Below are positions 33,277 to 43,948 of a stretch of DNA of 64,000 bases, piece by piece; within the stretch, counting starts at the first letter, position 1, and every line of letters begins with the position of its first letter. The translations under genes were made by a program, and so were the position numbers. The DNA lies in assembly GCA_045564015.1 (NCBI GenBank), contig JBJLIB010000012.1, forward strand, positions 53,227 through 117,226. Reading direction: 5' to 3'. Origin of the DNA: Gammaproteobacteria bacterium (GTDB lineage: Bacteria; Pseudomonadota; Gammaproteobacteria; Magnimaribacterales; D2472). The notes under the pieces were generated by a model. That model saw only the letters and a program-made list of their open reading frames with translations, was not told the DNA's origin and did no database searches.

Positions 33277-33915
33277 ATGATTAACTTAAATGAGGTGCAA
33301 TCTTTTGCAGAAGGCGGAAACAGAAAATGTTATATCAATCCGAACAACCCCAAAAGATGCCTCAAGGTTCTTCATGAAGATCTCTTAGAAAATCTACAAA
33401 AAAATTCAGCATGGTATAAACGCTTGGGAAACAATGATGATCTTGATGATAATTTACGCGAAAGAAAAGCCTATGATCAAAAAGCTATTAGGTCTCCTAT
33501 AGATTCTTCTATTTGGGATCATTTGGCAAAGTGGTATGGAATGGTTGAAACAACTCTTGGGCCTGCTTCAGAGACTGAGCTCATTATAAATGAGGGTGAA
33601 ATTTCTGAAACTTTAGAAACTTATCTTTTTAGAGAAGGATTAACGCCAGAGATTAAAAAAGCATTAAGCACCTTTGAGATTTGGCTTAGGACCCACCTTG
33701 TACTAACAAAAAACATCATTCCACATAACGTTGTTATTAAAAAAGATAATGGGTTACTAATTCTCAAAATTATTGATGGATTGGGCAGTAAATCATTTAT
33801 ACCGCTTCCAGAATATAGCAAGTTTTTTGCAAAAATTTATGTAGAGAGGCGCATCAAGTTGATGTGGAGTAGAATCCACTGGGATCTAACCGGGCGAGTT
33901 GGAAATTGGAAATAA
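33277..33915 (+). CDS. YrbL family (PhoP-regulated, kinase-like) protein
   Basis: FAEGGNRKCYINP.NPKRCLKV, YGMVETTLG, IIDGLG. Confidence 0.75.
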   Translation: MINLNEVQSFAEGGNRKCYINPNNPKRCLKVLHEDLLENLQKNSAWYKRLGNNDDLDDNLRERKAYDQKAIRSPIDSSIWDHLAKWYGMVETTLGPASETELIINEGEISETLETYLFREGLTPEIKKALSTFEIWLRTHLVLTKNIIPHNVVIKKDNGLLILKIIDGLGSKSFIPLPEYSKFFAKIYVERRIKLMWSRIHWDLTGRVGNWK

Positions 33916-33921
33916 GGGATC

Positions 33922-35727
33922 TTACTCGTCTAAAAAATTCTTTAAGTGACTAGAACGACTAGGATGTCTTAGCTTTCGCAAAGCCTTCGCTTCTATTTGA
34001 CGAATCCTTTCCCTAGTAACATCAAATTGCTTTCCAACTTCCTCCAAGGTGTGATCAGTGTTCATGCCAATTCCAAACCTCATTCTTAAGACCTTAGCTT
34101 CTCTAGCAGTTAATGATGAAAGAACGTCATCTGTGGCAAAGTGAAGGCTGCCTTCAGTTGCATTCTTTAATGGAGAATGGATCACTGTATCTTCTATAAA
34201 ATCACCCAAGTTTGAATCTTCGTCATCACCAATAGGTGTTTCCATTGAAATTGGCTCTTTAGCAATTTTAAGCACTTTTCTGACTTTATCTTCTGGCATA
34301 TCTAGCTCTTTACTCAATTCTTCTGGAGTTGGCTCTCTGCCCATATCTTGCATCATCTGTCTAGATACACGATTCAGTTTATTAATAGTCTCGATCATGT
34401 GAACAGGAATTCTGATTGTTCTTGCCTGATCAGCAATAGATCTAGTAATTGCTTGTCTAATCCACCAAGTTGCGTAAGTGGAAAATTTGTAACCTCTTCG
34501 GTACTCAAACTTATCTACTGCTTTCATCAATCCAATGTTGCCTTCTTGAATTAAATCTAAGAACTGCAGGCCTCTGTTTGTGTATTTTTTAGCAATTGAA
34601 ATAACAAGCCTAAGGTTAGCTTCAACCATATCTTTTTTAGCTCGCCTCATTTTTGTTTCGCCCATAGACATGGCGCGATTGATTTCTTTTATATCTTTAA
34701 CACTTAAACCCACTCTCTCCTCAATAGCTTTAATCGCCTTTTGTGCTATGACTACGTCAGGTTTAATATGCTCTAATGATTTTTTGGAGTACTTCTTATT
34801 GCTCATCAAAGAATCAACCCATTTCACTTTTGTTATATTGTCTTTGTACATTGCAATAAAGTCTTTACGAGGAATTCGCGCTGATTTTACAAACAAAAAC
34901 TGAATTCTTTTTTCATGTAAACGGATTTCAGCCAGGTCACTGCGTGCAAAGAAAGCCAAGTCTTCAAACATTTTTGGTGAAAATTTAAGAAACTGGAAGA
35001 TTAAGCCGAGTTTTGTAAATTCAGCTTTAGCTTCTTTAGAATGTCTGCCTTTTGATTCAAGAACTTTGTATGTTTTGTTGAATTGACGCTTTAAATTTGT
35101 CATGCGTCTTTGAACTTCAGCAAGATCCGGCCCATTATCGACCTCTTCGTCACTCTCTTCTAACTGTTTGGCTTTTTCGCTTCCAGGTCCAGCTGAAGGA
35201 ACTTCTTCCATTTCTTCAAGAAATCCTGTCAGTAGCTCGCTGAGTTTTTTATCTTCGCTTTTTACTAAATCATAAAAATCAATAATATGCTCAACAATGC
35301 CTGGGTAATGAACGCTTGCATTAAGCAAATCACGCATTCCTTCTTCAATACGTTTGGCAATTTCAATTTCGCCTTCTCGAGTTAGCAAATCTACTGTGCC
35401 CATTTCTCGCATGTACATTCTTACTGGATCGGTTGTTCGACCAGTTTCATTTTCAACAGCAGCTAAAGCTTCAGCAGCTTGCTCAAGAGCAATATCATCT
35501 TGATCATCAGATGACTCAGAAAGCATGAGAGTATCTGCATCAGGCGCAGTCTCATGCACTTGCAGACCTAAATCATTGATCATGCCAATGATTTCATCAA
35601 CCTGATCAGGATCAGAAATATCTTCTGGTAAATGATCGTTTACATCTGCATAAGTTAAATAGCCTTGTTCGCGGCCTTTCTCAATTAACTCTGCAATTCT
35701 TGAACCTTGTTTTTTTAACTTATCCAC
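33922..35727 (-). CDS. rpoD: RNA polymerase sigma-70 factor (GTG start)
   Basis: Region 1.1 [67 protein letters not shown]. Confidence 0.99.
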   Translation of the reverse strand: MDKLKKQGSRIAELIEKGREQGYLTYADVNDHLPEDISDPDQVDEIIGMINDLGLQVHETAPDADTLMLSESSDDQDDIALEQAAEALAAVENETGRTTDPVRMYMREMGTVDLLTREGEIEIAKRIEEGMRDLLNASVHYPGIVEHIIDFYDLVKSEDKKLSELLTGFLEEMEEVPSAGPGSEKAKQLEESDEEVDNGPDLAEVQRRMTNLKRQFNKTYKVLESKGRHSKEAKAEFTKLGLIFQFLKFSPKMFEDLAFFARSDLAEIRLHEKRIQFLFVKSARIPRKDFIAMYKDNITKVKWVDSLMSNKKYSKKSLEHIKPDVVIAQKAIKAIEERVGLSVKDIKEINRAMSMGETKMRRAKKDMVEANLRLVISIAKKYTNRGLQFLDLIQEGNIGLMKAVDKFEYRRGYKFSTYATWWIRQAITRSIADQARTIRIPVHMIETINKLNRVSRQMMQDMGREPTPEELSKELDMPEDKVRKVLKIAKEPISMETPIGDDEDSNLGDFIEDTVIHSPLKNATEGSLHFATDDVLSSLTAREAKVLRMRFGIGMNTDHTLEEVGKQFDVTRERIRQIEAKALRKLRHPSRSSHLKNFLDE

Positions 35728-35779
35728 TCAATGCCTCTTTCTAAATCGTTCACTATATGTGATGCCAAATTTGATTTTT

Positions 35780-37540
35780 TCAATCTTGTTTTGAACTTAA
35801 TTTTTTTAACCAATTTCGATCATCGTCAGTGATTTCTTGCTTTTTTAAGATGATTTGCTGTAAATCTCTTCTTTCTGCTGGCGTAATCGATCTGACATTA
35901 TACTTGTCTTTGAGTGTTTGCTCTCTATCTTTTTGATTTTTTAATAAAATATCCATGCAATCATTTACAAGCTTAAATGCGTTCTTTTCAGACAATTCAA
36001 GTCCTGCTACTACAGCTTCTGAGAAATATCCCTTGATTTGATCTGATTCAAGACTTTCAATAACTCTGGACGGTTTGATATCTGGCGTTTGTCTATATAA
36101 ATCAAGAATTACAAATAAAAAGTTAAATTTGGGGTCATCTTTCAGTTCGTCGAATATAGATTCATGAGCAATTGCAGGAAAAGCTAGCAGAGCGCTAAAA
36201 ATGTTAATGACAGCTTTTACTCTGACTGGAATATTTGCATTTGATCTCATTGCATTATCTGATTCAGCTTTTCTAATTTCTGGACCCTTAGGCGCATCCA
36301 TAGTCTTAATGTCCATGCCACATAATTTAGATATCTCGTTGGCATACACCTCTTTAATGACAGAATTATTTATCTTATTAATTATGGGAATGGCAAAAGC
36401 AGCTGCCTGCGCTCTGCCCTCCAATGTTTCTAAGTTAAATTCTTTGACCTTCGATAAAAAGAATGACGAAAGCGAAATAGACTCATCTAAAAGTTTTTGA
36501 AAAGCTTTTAATCCATGTTCATTAATGTATGAATCTGGGTCATGGCCTTGTTCAAAAAAAACAAAATGGATATTAATGTCTTCTCTAATAATTGGAAAAG
36601 TATTTTCCACTGCTTTCCAAGCCGCTTTTCCTCCAGCCAGATCTCCATCAAATGCAAAAAATATTTTATTTGTATAACGCATGATTTTAGAAACATGATT
36701 TGGAGTTACAGCAGTCCCCAGTGTTGCAACTGCGTTTTTGATGCCATGTTCATAAAGGCCTATTACATCCATGTATCCCTCGACAACGATCAAAGAAGCA
36801 ATATTTTTCTCTCGTTCTTTAACCTCATACAAACCAAACAACTCATTTGATTTATTAAAAAAAGAAGTTTCTGGAGAATTAAGATACTTAGGCTCTCCCT
36901 CATCTATGATTCTTCCCCCCATGGCAATAAAATCACCTTTTATATTCCTAATGGGGAAAATAACCCTGCCTCTAAATCGATCATAGAATCTGTCATCCTT
37001 CTTGCTAAATAACCCTGATTCATCTAGTTCTTTGTGAGGAATATCAGAACCGAAATGATTTAAAAGACCATCCCACTTATCCTGCGCATAGCCAATGTTA
37101 AATTTCTTAGCAGTCGCTCCGGTAATCTTTCGATCTTTAAGATATTCCACAGCTTTGGGTGCTGTTTTTTCATTTAAATTGCCTTGGTAAAATTTAACTG
37201 CCTTTTCTACCAAGCCACTAGGTTTTGATTTTTCCAATCTATTGTTTTCATAAGGCACTGTCATGCCTGCTGCACTTGCAAGAGTTTCGATTGCGTCAAC
37301 AAATTCTAAATTTTCATAACGCCTAATAAAATGAATTGCATTACCAGATTCTTGGCAAACGAAACAATAAAAAAACTGCTTATCCTGATTAACAGCCATG
37401 GAGGGGTTTGAATCATCATGAAATGGACATTGGCACCAAAAATTTGATCCCTTTTTGTTTAAGGGTATGCGCCTACCTACGACATCAACGATATCTGTTT
37501 GATCTAATAACTGATCAATAAAACTAGTTGGAATTGACAT
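35780..37540 (-). CDS. dnaG: DNA primase
   Basis: CPFHDD...CFVC zinc finger, YDRFRGRVIFPI, PKYLNSPET, VEGYMDV, FDGDLAG, DPD. Confidence 0.97.
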   Translation of the reverse strand: MSIPTSFIDQLLDQTDIVDVVGRRIPLNKKGSNFWCQCPFHDDSNPSMAVNQDKQFFYCFVCQESGNAIHFIRRYENLEFVDAIETLASAAGMTVPYENNRLEKSKPSGLVEKAVKFYQGNLNEKTAPKAVEYLKDRKITGATAKKFNIGYAQDKWDGLLNHFGSDIPHKELDESGLFSKKDDRFYDRFRGRVIFPIRNIKGDFIAMGGRIIDEGEPKYLNSPETSFFNKSNELFGLYEVKEREKNIASLIVVEGYMDVIGLYEHGIKNAVATLGTAVTPNHVSKIMRYTNKIFFAFDGDLAGGKAAWKAVENTFPIIREDINIHFVFFEQGHDPDSYINEHGLKAFQKLLDESISLSSFFLSKVKEFNLETLEGRAQAAAFAIPIINKINNSVIKEVYANEISKLCGMDIKTMDAPKGPEIRKAESDNAMRSNANIPVRVKAVINIFSALLAFPAIAHESIFDELKDDPKFNFLFVILDLYRQTPDIKPSRVIESLESDQIKGYFSEAVVAGLELSEKNAFKLVNDCMDILLKNQKDREQTLKDKYNVRSITPAERRDLQQIILKKQEITDDDRNWLKKLSSKQD

Positions 37541-37931
37541 GATGTTCGATCCAGTTGTCTAAAAATATTTTGGCTGCTAAATCATCGATGCGATCATCTT
37601 TTGAATCTACATGCATTAACTGCTTTGCCTCAAACGAGGTTAGTCTCTCATCAACTAATTCACAAGGGATGCTGCTAATCTTTTGAAGTTTCTTGAAAAA
37701 TGGATCAACTTTTTTCATCATTTCGCTAGGAGTCCCATCCATATTTAAGGGCTTACCAACTAATAATTGGTCAGGTTTCCATTCATCAATGAGCGTGGAA
37801 ATTGTATTCCAAATTTCCTTACCTTCACGAGCAACATTAAGTACGACTAAGGGAGAAGATGTCTTCGTAACAGTTTGTCCAACAGCCACGCCAATATGAT
37901 GAGTGCCAAAATCAAAAGCTAAAATCTGCAT
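37524..37931 (-). CDS. yqgF: YqgF/RuvX pre-16S rRNA nuclease
   Basis: LAFDFGTHHIGVAVG, PLNMDGT, VDERLTSFEAK, IDDLAA. Confidence 0.93.
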   Translation of the reverse strand: MQILAFDFGTHHIGVAVGQTVTKTSSPLVVLNVAREGKEIWNTISTLIDEWKPDQLLVGKPLNMDGTPSEMMKKVDPFFKKLQKISSIPCELVDERLTSFEAKQLMHVDSKDDRIDDLAAKIFLDNWIEHHVNSN

Positions 37932-38549
37932 TTAAGAATTCGTGAAATTCCAGTCTCGAACAATTTCAAGCTGTTGATAGTTTGCAACCATATCTTCTGG
38001 AAAAGGTTCAAATGGAGCTGATTGATATAAAATCCTTAATGCCAAAGCATCTAACATCGAATTCCCTGAGGACCGAAGAATGTCAGCGTCTATTAAATTT
38101 CCCATGTGGTCTATTATTGACTTAATTTGAACTCTAAAATTACCTTGAATAATATCTGAGCGAGAAATTTCATAGTATCCTGCTGTCTCAACCTGTCTTT
38201 GCCACGCATTTAAATAGATGGTTTCAAAACTTTGCAAGGATGAGTTAGATTCTAAACGTCTCACGCTAAACTGAGATTCATCTTGAAGATTAACATCTTG
38301 AGAAACCATTGCAGCTTGTTGAGTGGCTTGCTGAATAAATTCCTTACCATCAAGAGAACTGCCCTGCATATCAAACTCTCCATCAGCAAATTTAATATTC
38401 ACGATAGCTTCTTTGTTAAATTCCCATGGTTGCTGAATAACAACGAAACTGATTCCAAAAATAACCACTCCATGGAACATTAAAGATGCAAGCATGGATT
38501 TTCTAAATCCCCATCTTTGAATTCTTTGTTTATAGATCAGTGGTTGCAT
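37932..38549 (-). CDS. TonB C-terminal domain membrane protein
   Basis: TM segment with SLMFH motif, YLNAW...VE, RSSG..LD..A..I...APFEPFP. Likely start is ATG 38549, 1 nt after the gshB stop; usual gshB-tonB-yqgF neighbourhood. Confidence 0.8.
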   Translation of the reverse strand: MQPLIYKQRIQRWGFRKSMLASLMFHGVVIFGISFVVIQQPWEFNKEAIVNIKFADGEFDMQGSSLDGKEFIQQATQQAAMVSQDVNLQDESQFSVRRLESNSSLQSFETIYLNAWQRQVETAGYYEISRSDIIQGNFRVQIKSIIDHMGNLIDADILRSSGNSMLDALALRILYQSAPFEPFPEDMVANYQQLEIVRDWNFTNS

Positions 38550-38550
38550 T

Positions 38551-39483
38551 TTATATCGATTGGAGCAATGTTTTGATTGGATTTTTTCCCGTTTGAGCAA
38601 GAATCTCTCTTGCGCCTGTAGGGCTTGTGATATTAATTTCAGTCAAATAATTACCAATCATATCAATTCCTGCAAACAAAATGCCCTCATCCATAAGCAC
38701 CTTACCAATCTCTAGACTGACTTTCAGTTGATCATCAGATAATTCACGAGCCTCACCTATGCCGCCAGCTGCAAGATTGCCTTTAAAGCTTCCTCCTTGA
38801 GGAATTCTTGCTAATGCAATAGGAAAAGGTTTCCCGTGAATGATAAGTATTCGATAATCCCCAGCATAGATTTCAGGCAAGAAATTTTGAACCATAACCA
38901 TGGTTTGATAATGATTGGTGAGTGATTTAAAAATTTCTATATGATCTGTTGAACTTTCATCAAATTTATAAATTGACTCTCCTCCCATGCCATCAAGAGG
39001 CTTTAAAATAATAGTAGAGTATTTATTTTTAAATAATTTAAAGTCTTCCTCTTTGCAAATCACACTTGTATCAGGCATCCAATTAGAAAATTGGAGGGCA
39101 AAAATCTTTTCATTAAATTTCTTTAAAGCTGCAGGTCGATTAATAACATTGGCACCCTCAGATTCAGCCTGAGATAATAAATGCAAGGCATTCATATAGT
39201 CTTCATCTACTGGTGGGTCCTTTCTCATAAATATATAATCAATGTCTTTCAGCGGTTTAATATCATCAACTTTCTCACTAATTTGCGGATGCTGATTGGG
39301 ATCTTGAATTTCAACGCAGTTGGCAAAAGTTTGTTGGTCTTTATAAATTAAATCTTTCATCTCGCATTGAAGAATTTGGCCGCCCATCTCATAGACCTCT
39401 TGCATCCATACAATAGTTGTATCTTTTTTTGGATTGAGTTCATTTAGAGGGTCAGTAATAAATAGTGAGGAAGTCCCTTGCAT
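38551..39483 (-). CDS. gshB: Glutathione synthetase
   Basis: KKDTT, MRKDPP, NEK, KPLDGMGG, GNLAAGG, EINITSPTG. Confidence 0.97.
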   Translation of the reverse strand: MQGTSSLFITDPLNELNPKKDTTIVWMQEVYEMGGQILQCEMKDLIYKDQQTFANCVEIQDPNQHPQISEKVDDIKPLKDIDYIFMRKDPPVDEDYMNALHLLSQAESEGANVINRPAALKKFNEKIFALQFSNWMPDTSVICKEEDFKLFKNKYSTIILKPLDGMGGESIYKFDESSTDHIEIFKSLTNHYQTMVMVQNFLPEIYAGDYRILIIHGKPFPIALARIPQGGSFKGNLAAGGIGEARELSDDQLKVSLEIGKVLMDEGILFAGIDMIGNYLTEINITSPTGAREILAQTGKNPIKTLLQSI

Positions 39484-40223
39484 TAGTATTCTCCAAATAA
39501 GCTATGGAACTTAGACAATCCAACTACAGGAGCTGTTTCTGCACGAAGGACATAATGGCCTATCTTTAGAGACCGCAGGCCCAATTCACTCATGGTCTCA
39601 CGCTCAGCTGATGAGTAACCCGATTCGGGTCCTGTGATAATACTAATACTTTTTAAACTCAAAATTTCATGATCTTTGATGAATTGATTAGCAATTGTAT
39701 CAAGAACAAATAATCCCTCGAAATCTGAATTTAACTTTGTGCTTTGAAGACATTCTTTAAGGTCATCAAAATAATCAATAGCGGGGAAATGATTGCAGCC
39801 AGATTGCTCACAAGCGCTAACCATGGCTTCTTCCAACCGAAGATTTAATTTAGATAAATCTTTTTTTGCTAGTGATTGATCAAGATGATCTGGTTTATAG
39901 ATAAGAATTGAGTTAACGCCCAATTCAATAAGCTTTTGCAATGAATAAATTAAATTCTCCTTTTTAATGTATGGGATGATTGCTTGATACGACTTTTGAT
40001 AAGGATTTTGAACTAATAAAATATCGCCAACATGAAAAGATATATAAGCTTTATCAATTTCCCCAATGGTTCCGTTTGCCATAAAGCCGCAACCATCGAA
40101 TAACTCCACAGGATCATTTGGTTTTAGCCTGAGCACCTTGGCAAGATGATGTATTTGTTTTATGTTGGTGCACTTATAACTTGGTGCAGATAGTTTAGGA
40201 CAATAAATTCTTGGCTTTCTCAT
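39483..40223 (-). CDS. rsmE: 16S rRNA m3U1498 methyltransferase
   Basis: HHLAKVLRL, QKLIELGV, ACEQSG, GPESGY, LRAETA. Confidence 0.93.
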   Translation of the reverse strand: MRKPRIYCPKLSAPSYKCTNIKQIHHLAKVLRLKPNDPVELFDGCGFMANGTIGEIDKAYISFHVGDILLVQNPYQKSYQAIIPYIKKENLIYSLQKLIELGVNSILIYKPDHLDQSLAKKDLSKLNLRLEEAMVSACEQSGCNHFPAIDYFDDLKECLQSTKLNSDFEGLFVLDTIANQFIKDHEILSLKSISIITGPESGYSSAERETMSELGLRSLKIGHYVLRAETAPVVGLSKFHSLFGEY

Positions 40224-40251
40224 CAAATAATTATAATTGGTATTTTTTATA

Positions 40252-40812
40252 ATGAGTGAAAGTCACATTATTCTTGTTAGACATGGGGAGGCATCCGCAG
40301 GATGGTCTGTGCATCCTGATCCGGGTTTAAGCGCACAAGGTCGTGGACAAGCTGAAAATTCTGGCAAGAGTTTAATTAATGAACTGTCATACTATCAACT
40401 GCTTTCTAGTCCAAAGAAAAGAGCCATTGAGACAATGGAAATAATGAACCAAGGAGATAAAAACTCTTTTAAATTAGATCCTAGATTTATTGAAATACCC
40501 TCAGGCAATATTAATGCTGATAAAAAAAAAGAGTGGCTGGTAAATATTTTTACAACTCCAATTGAAGAGCTGCCTGAAGCAGTCAAAAAATGGCGCAATG
40601 AATTAATAAACTGGCTTAAAGATGCTGAGGGTAATTTTATTGTGACGACACACTTCATGGTGATCAATGCATTGGTGTCTCATATCACAAGCAATAATGC
40701 AATTTCATATTTTCATCCTGATTATGCGTCTAGGACGGAAATATTCATAAGAAATGGAGAATTAACTCAATTAATTCTTGGCGATGATAAAAAAACTGTA
40801 ATTAATCTCTAA
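40252..40812 (+). CDS. Histidine phosphatase (phosphoglycerate mutase-like) family protein
   Basis: LVRHGE, DPGLS..G..QA, SSPKKRAIET, THFMVIN; ATG 40252 preferred as start. Confidence 0.85.
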   Translation: MSESHIILVRHGEASAGWSVHPDPGLSAQGRGQAENSGKSLINELSYYQLLSSPKKRAIETMEIMNQGDKNSFKLDPRFIEIPSGNINADKKKEWLVNIFTTPIEELPEAVKKWRNELINWLKDAEGNFIVTTHFMVINALVSHITSNNAISYFHPDYASRTEIFIRNGELTQLILGDDKKTVINL

Positions 40813-40875
40813 AATCAGTTGAGCAATTTTTAATCAGCTGTAGAATTTATATTTTGCAGAAAAAATCTCTACTTA

Positions 40876-41142
40876 ATGACTAAAGCAGTCTCACAAAAAC
40901 CTAAAAATAAATCTCTTAGTGAGCAAGTAAGAAAGGCTATGAAGAAATACTTTGCAACTCTTGGGGATACCAACCCAGCAAATGTTCATGAAATGGTTAT
41001 GGCTGAGGTTGAGCCTGAACTCTTGAAGGCAGTCATGGAGTACACAAACAACAATCAATCTAAGGCTGCAAATGTTCTAGGATTAAATAGAGCTACCCTT
41101 AGGAAAAAATTATATCGATATAACATCATACAAAAATCATGA
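40876..41142 (+). CDS. fis: DNA-binding protein Fis
   Basis: MVMAEVEPELL..VMEYT.NNQSKAA.VLGLNRATLRKKL; upstream of purH. Confidence 0.92.
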   Translation: MTKAVSQKPKNKSLSEQVRKAMKKYFATLGDTNPANVHEMVMAEVEPELLKAVMEYTNNNQSKAANVLGLNRATLRKKLYRYNIIQKS

Positions 41143-42677
41143 GCCTCATTACCCCAAAAACTGCCCTTATTAGCCTTTCAGATAAATCTAATTTAGACGA
41201 ATTAATAAAGTTTTTGCTTGTTCAAAAAGTAAAAATTATTTCAACTGGAGGGACTTATAATGCCATCAAAAAAATTACAGATGAGGTCATAGAGGTTTCA
41301 GAATTTACTGGGTTTGAAGAAATGATGGATGGTCGCGTCAAAACTTTACATCCAAAAATTCATGCTGGTATTTTGGCCAGAAGAGAAACAGATTTAGAGA
41401 TTTTGACTGAGCGAGGGTATGAGGTCATAGACATGGTCATTGTTAATCTTTACCCATTCCAAGAGACAGTCGCCTCGGGGTGTGAATTTGATGAGGCTAT
41501 AGAAAAAATTGATATAGGCGGACCCACGATGATTAGGTCAGCAGCAAAAAACTTCAAAGACGTTGCAGTTATTTCTGACCCAGGTGACTACGGTCGCTTA
41601 ATAAATGAATGGGAAAATCAAGGAGGTATCAGTTACGAATTTAGAAAAGAGCTTTCGCAAAAAGTTTTTCAGCTCATGGCCGAATACAATTCCGCCATTG
41701 CAAATTATCTTAAAGACATCTCGTCCAACGCACATCAATATAACTTCAGCAAGAGTGAATCTCTAAGATATGGAGAAAATCCTCATCAAACTGCAGATTT
41801 ATTAACTTTTTCTAATTTAGAGCATAAAAATATTGCCAATGCAGATGTTCTTCAAGGCAAAGAACTTTCATACAATAATATTGTAGATGCTGATGCTGCC
41901 TGGGAATGTGTTAGAGCATTTGACGAACCAGCTTGTGTGATTGTAAAACATGCAAACCCTTGCGGAGTTGCTGAAGCAAACTCTATCTTTGATGCTTATG
42001 ACCTAGCATTCAAAACTGATCCAACGTCTGCCTTTGGCGGCATTATTGCGTTTAACAGAGAGCTAGATAAAAAAACTGCTGAAGAAATTAATGCTCGTCA
42101 ATTTGTTGAGGTTGTTCTCGCTACCAGTTTTGAAGAAGCTGCATTGGCGGAGCTGGCTAAAAAGAAAAATGTTCGAGTTTTATGCGTGGATTTAAAGCAA
42201 GATAATCCATATCCCGGCGTCATTAAAAAAGTGTCTGGGGGAGTATTAATTCAAAGCGATGACACCTTTATTGTTCCTAAAACAGACCTGCAGTGCGTTA
42301 CTAAAAGACAGCCGACCGCTGAAGAAATAAATGATCTTATGTTTGCATGGAAGGTTGCTAAATTTGTTAAATCAAATGCTATCGTTTATGTCAAAAATAA
42401 ACAGACTATTGGCATTGGTGCTGGTCAAATGAGTAGAGTTATTAGTGCTGAGATTGCCAATCTAAAAGCCAAAGAGGAAGGTTTAGAGGTCAAAGGTGCG
42501 GCAATGGCCTCAGATGCATTTTTTCCATTTAGGGATGGCATTGATAAAGCTGCTTCGAGCGGAATAGCAACAATTATTCAGCCTGGTGGATCGATTAGAG
42601 ATGAGGAAGTAATTGCAGCGGCTGATGAAAATAACATTGCTATGGTCTTTACCGCAACGCGTCACTTTAGACATTAA
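41139..42677 (+). CDS. purH: Bifunctional AICAR transformylase / IMP cyclohydrolase
   Basis: ISTGGT, GRVKTLHP, IDIGGP, LRYGENPHQ, KHANPCG, ASDAFFPF, RHFRH. Confidence 0.98.
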   Translation: MSLITPKTALISLSDKSNLDELIKFLLVQKVKIISTGGTYNAIKKITDEVIEVSEFTGFEEMMDGRVKTLHPKIHAGILARRETDLEILTERGYEVIDMVIVNLYPFQETVASGCEFDEAIEKIDIGGPTMIRSAAKNFKDVAVISDPGDYGRLINEWENQGGISYEFRKELSQKVFQLMAEYNSAIANYLKDISSNAHQYNFSKSESLRYGENPHQTADLLTFSNLEHKNIANADVLQGKELSYNNIVDADAAWECVRAFDEPACVIVKHANPCGVAEANSIFDAYDLAFKTDPTSAFGGIIAFNRELDKKTAEEINARQFVEVVLATSFEEAALAELAKKKNVRVLCVDLKQDNPYPGVIKKVSGGVLIQSDDTFIVPKTDLQCVTKRQPTAEEINDLMFAWKVAKFVKSNAIVYVKNKQTIGIGAGQMSRVISAEIANLKAKEEGLEVKGAAMASDAFFPFRDGIDKAASSGIATIIQPGGSIRDEEVIAAADENNIAMVFTATRHFRH

Positions 42678-42679
42678 AT

Positions 42680-43948
42680 ATGTACATTTTGGTTGTTGGA
42701 TCAGGCGGCAGAGAACATGCCTTAGCTTGGAAATGTGCGCAAGATAAATCTGTATCAGAGGTTTTTGTTTGCCCAGGAAACGCAGGCACTGCTCTAGAAA
42801 ATAAAGTATCTAATGTCGCTATTAATGTTGATGACTTTACAGCAGTTAAAGATTTTTGTATTGAAAAGAATATTGCTCTTGTAATTGTTGGACCAGAACA
42901 GCCTCTTGTTGATGGGCTCGTAGATTACTTGCATTCTCATAATATTAGAACCTTTGGACCTTCTAGCGCTGCAGCTCAGTTAGAGGGCTCTAAAAAATTC
43001 TCAAAAGACTTTTTTATTAAATATGGTATTCCTACAGCCACTTATGCAGCCTTCGATAATTTTGATAATGCAAAAGAGTACTTAAAACAGATTCCCTATC
43101 CAACAGTAGTAAAGGCAGATGGTTTAGCAGCAGGCAAGGGAGTGATTATTTGCCAAACTGAAAGTGAAGCTCTGGAAGCCTTAGTTAGTATTTTTAAAGA
43201 CCAAGCATTTGGAGATGCTGGAACAAGTGTGGTTATTGAAGATTTCTTAGTTGGAGAAGAGGCAAGTTTTATTGCGGTGGTGAGTAAAGATAAAATTATC
43301 CCTCTTGCAACCAGCCAGGATCATAAAGCCGTGGGTGACGGTGATGTGGGATTAAATACAGGTGGCATGGGTGCATATTCACCTGCGCCAATAGTTGATG
43401 AAGAACTTCACCAAAAAATTATTGATGAGGTTATGAAACCAACCATGCGAGGTTTAATTATTGAGGATTCGCCCTATCTTGGATTTTTGTATGCCGGACT
43501 TATGATAAATAATGGGGAATTAAAGGTACTAGAATTTAATTGCAGATTTGGAGATCCTGAAACTCAACCTATTCTGCTGAGATTAAAATCAAGTCTTGTT
43601 GAACTTTGTCTTGCAGCAATCGATGATAAGTTAAACGATTATCAAATTCAGTGGACTGATGAACATGCCTGCGGGGTGGTGATTGCGAGTCAAGGCTATC
43701 CAGAGGAGTATACAAAAAATAATGAGGTAACATTTGAATCATCTGACATGGATGGAAAGAAACTATTCCATGCAGGTACAAAACTTCAAGATGATAAAGT
43801 TTTAACCTCAGGAGGCAGAGTTTTTTGTGCAACTGCTTTAGGAAAAGATCTGCAAGAAGCTCAATCAAAAGCGTATGATCTGGTAGAATCTGTATCCTTT
43901 AATGGAGCTTTTTGTCGAAAAGATATTGGAAATAAAGGAATGAAATGA
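42680..43948 (+). CDS. purD: Phosphoribosylamine-glycine ligase
   Basis: GSGGREHALAW, KADGLAAGKGV, NTGGMGAYSP, EFNCRFGDPE, GGRV. Confidence 0.98.
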   Translation: MYILVVGSGGREHALAWKCAQDKSVSEVFVCPGNAGTALENKVSNVAINVDDFTAVKDFCIEKNIALVIVGPEQPLVDGLVDYLHSHNIRTFGPSSAAAQLEGSKKFSKDFFIKYGIPTATYAAFDNFDNAKEYLKQIPYPTVVKADGLAAGKGVIICQTESEALEALVSIFKDQAFGDAGTSVVIEDFLVGEEASFIAVVSKDKIIPLATSQDHKAVGDGDVGLNTGGMGAYSPAPIVDEELHQKIIDEVMKPTMRGLIIEDSPYLGFLYAGLMINNGELKVLEFNCRFGDPETQPILLRLKSSLVELCLAAIDDKLNDYQIQWTDEHACGVVIASQGYPEEYTKNNEVTFESSDMDGKKLFHAGTKLQDDKVLTSGGRVFCATALGKDLQEAQSKAYDLVESVSFNGAFCRKDIGNKGMK

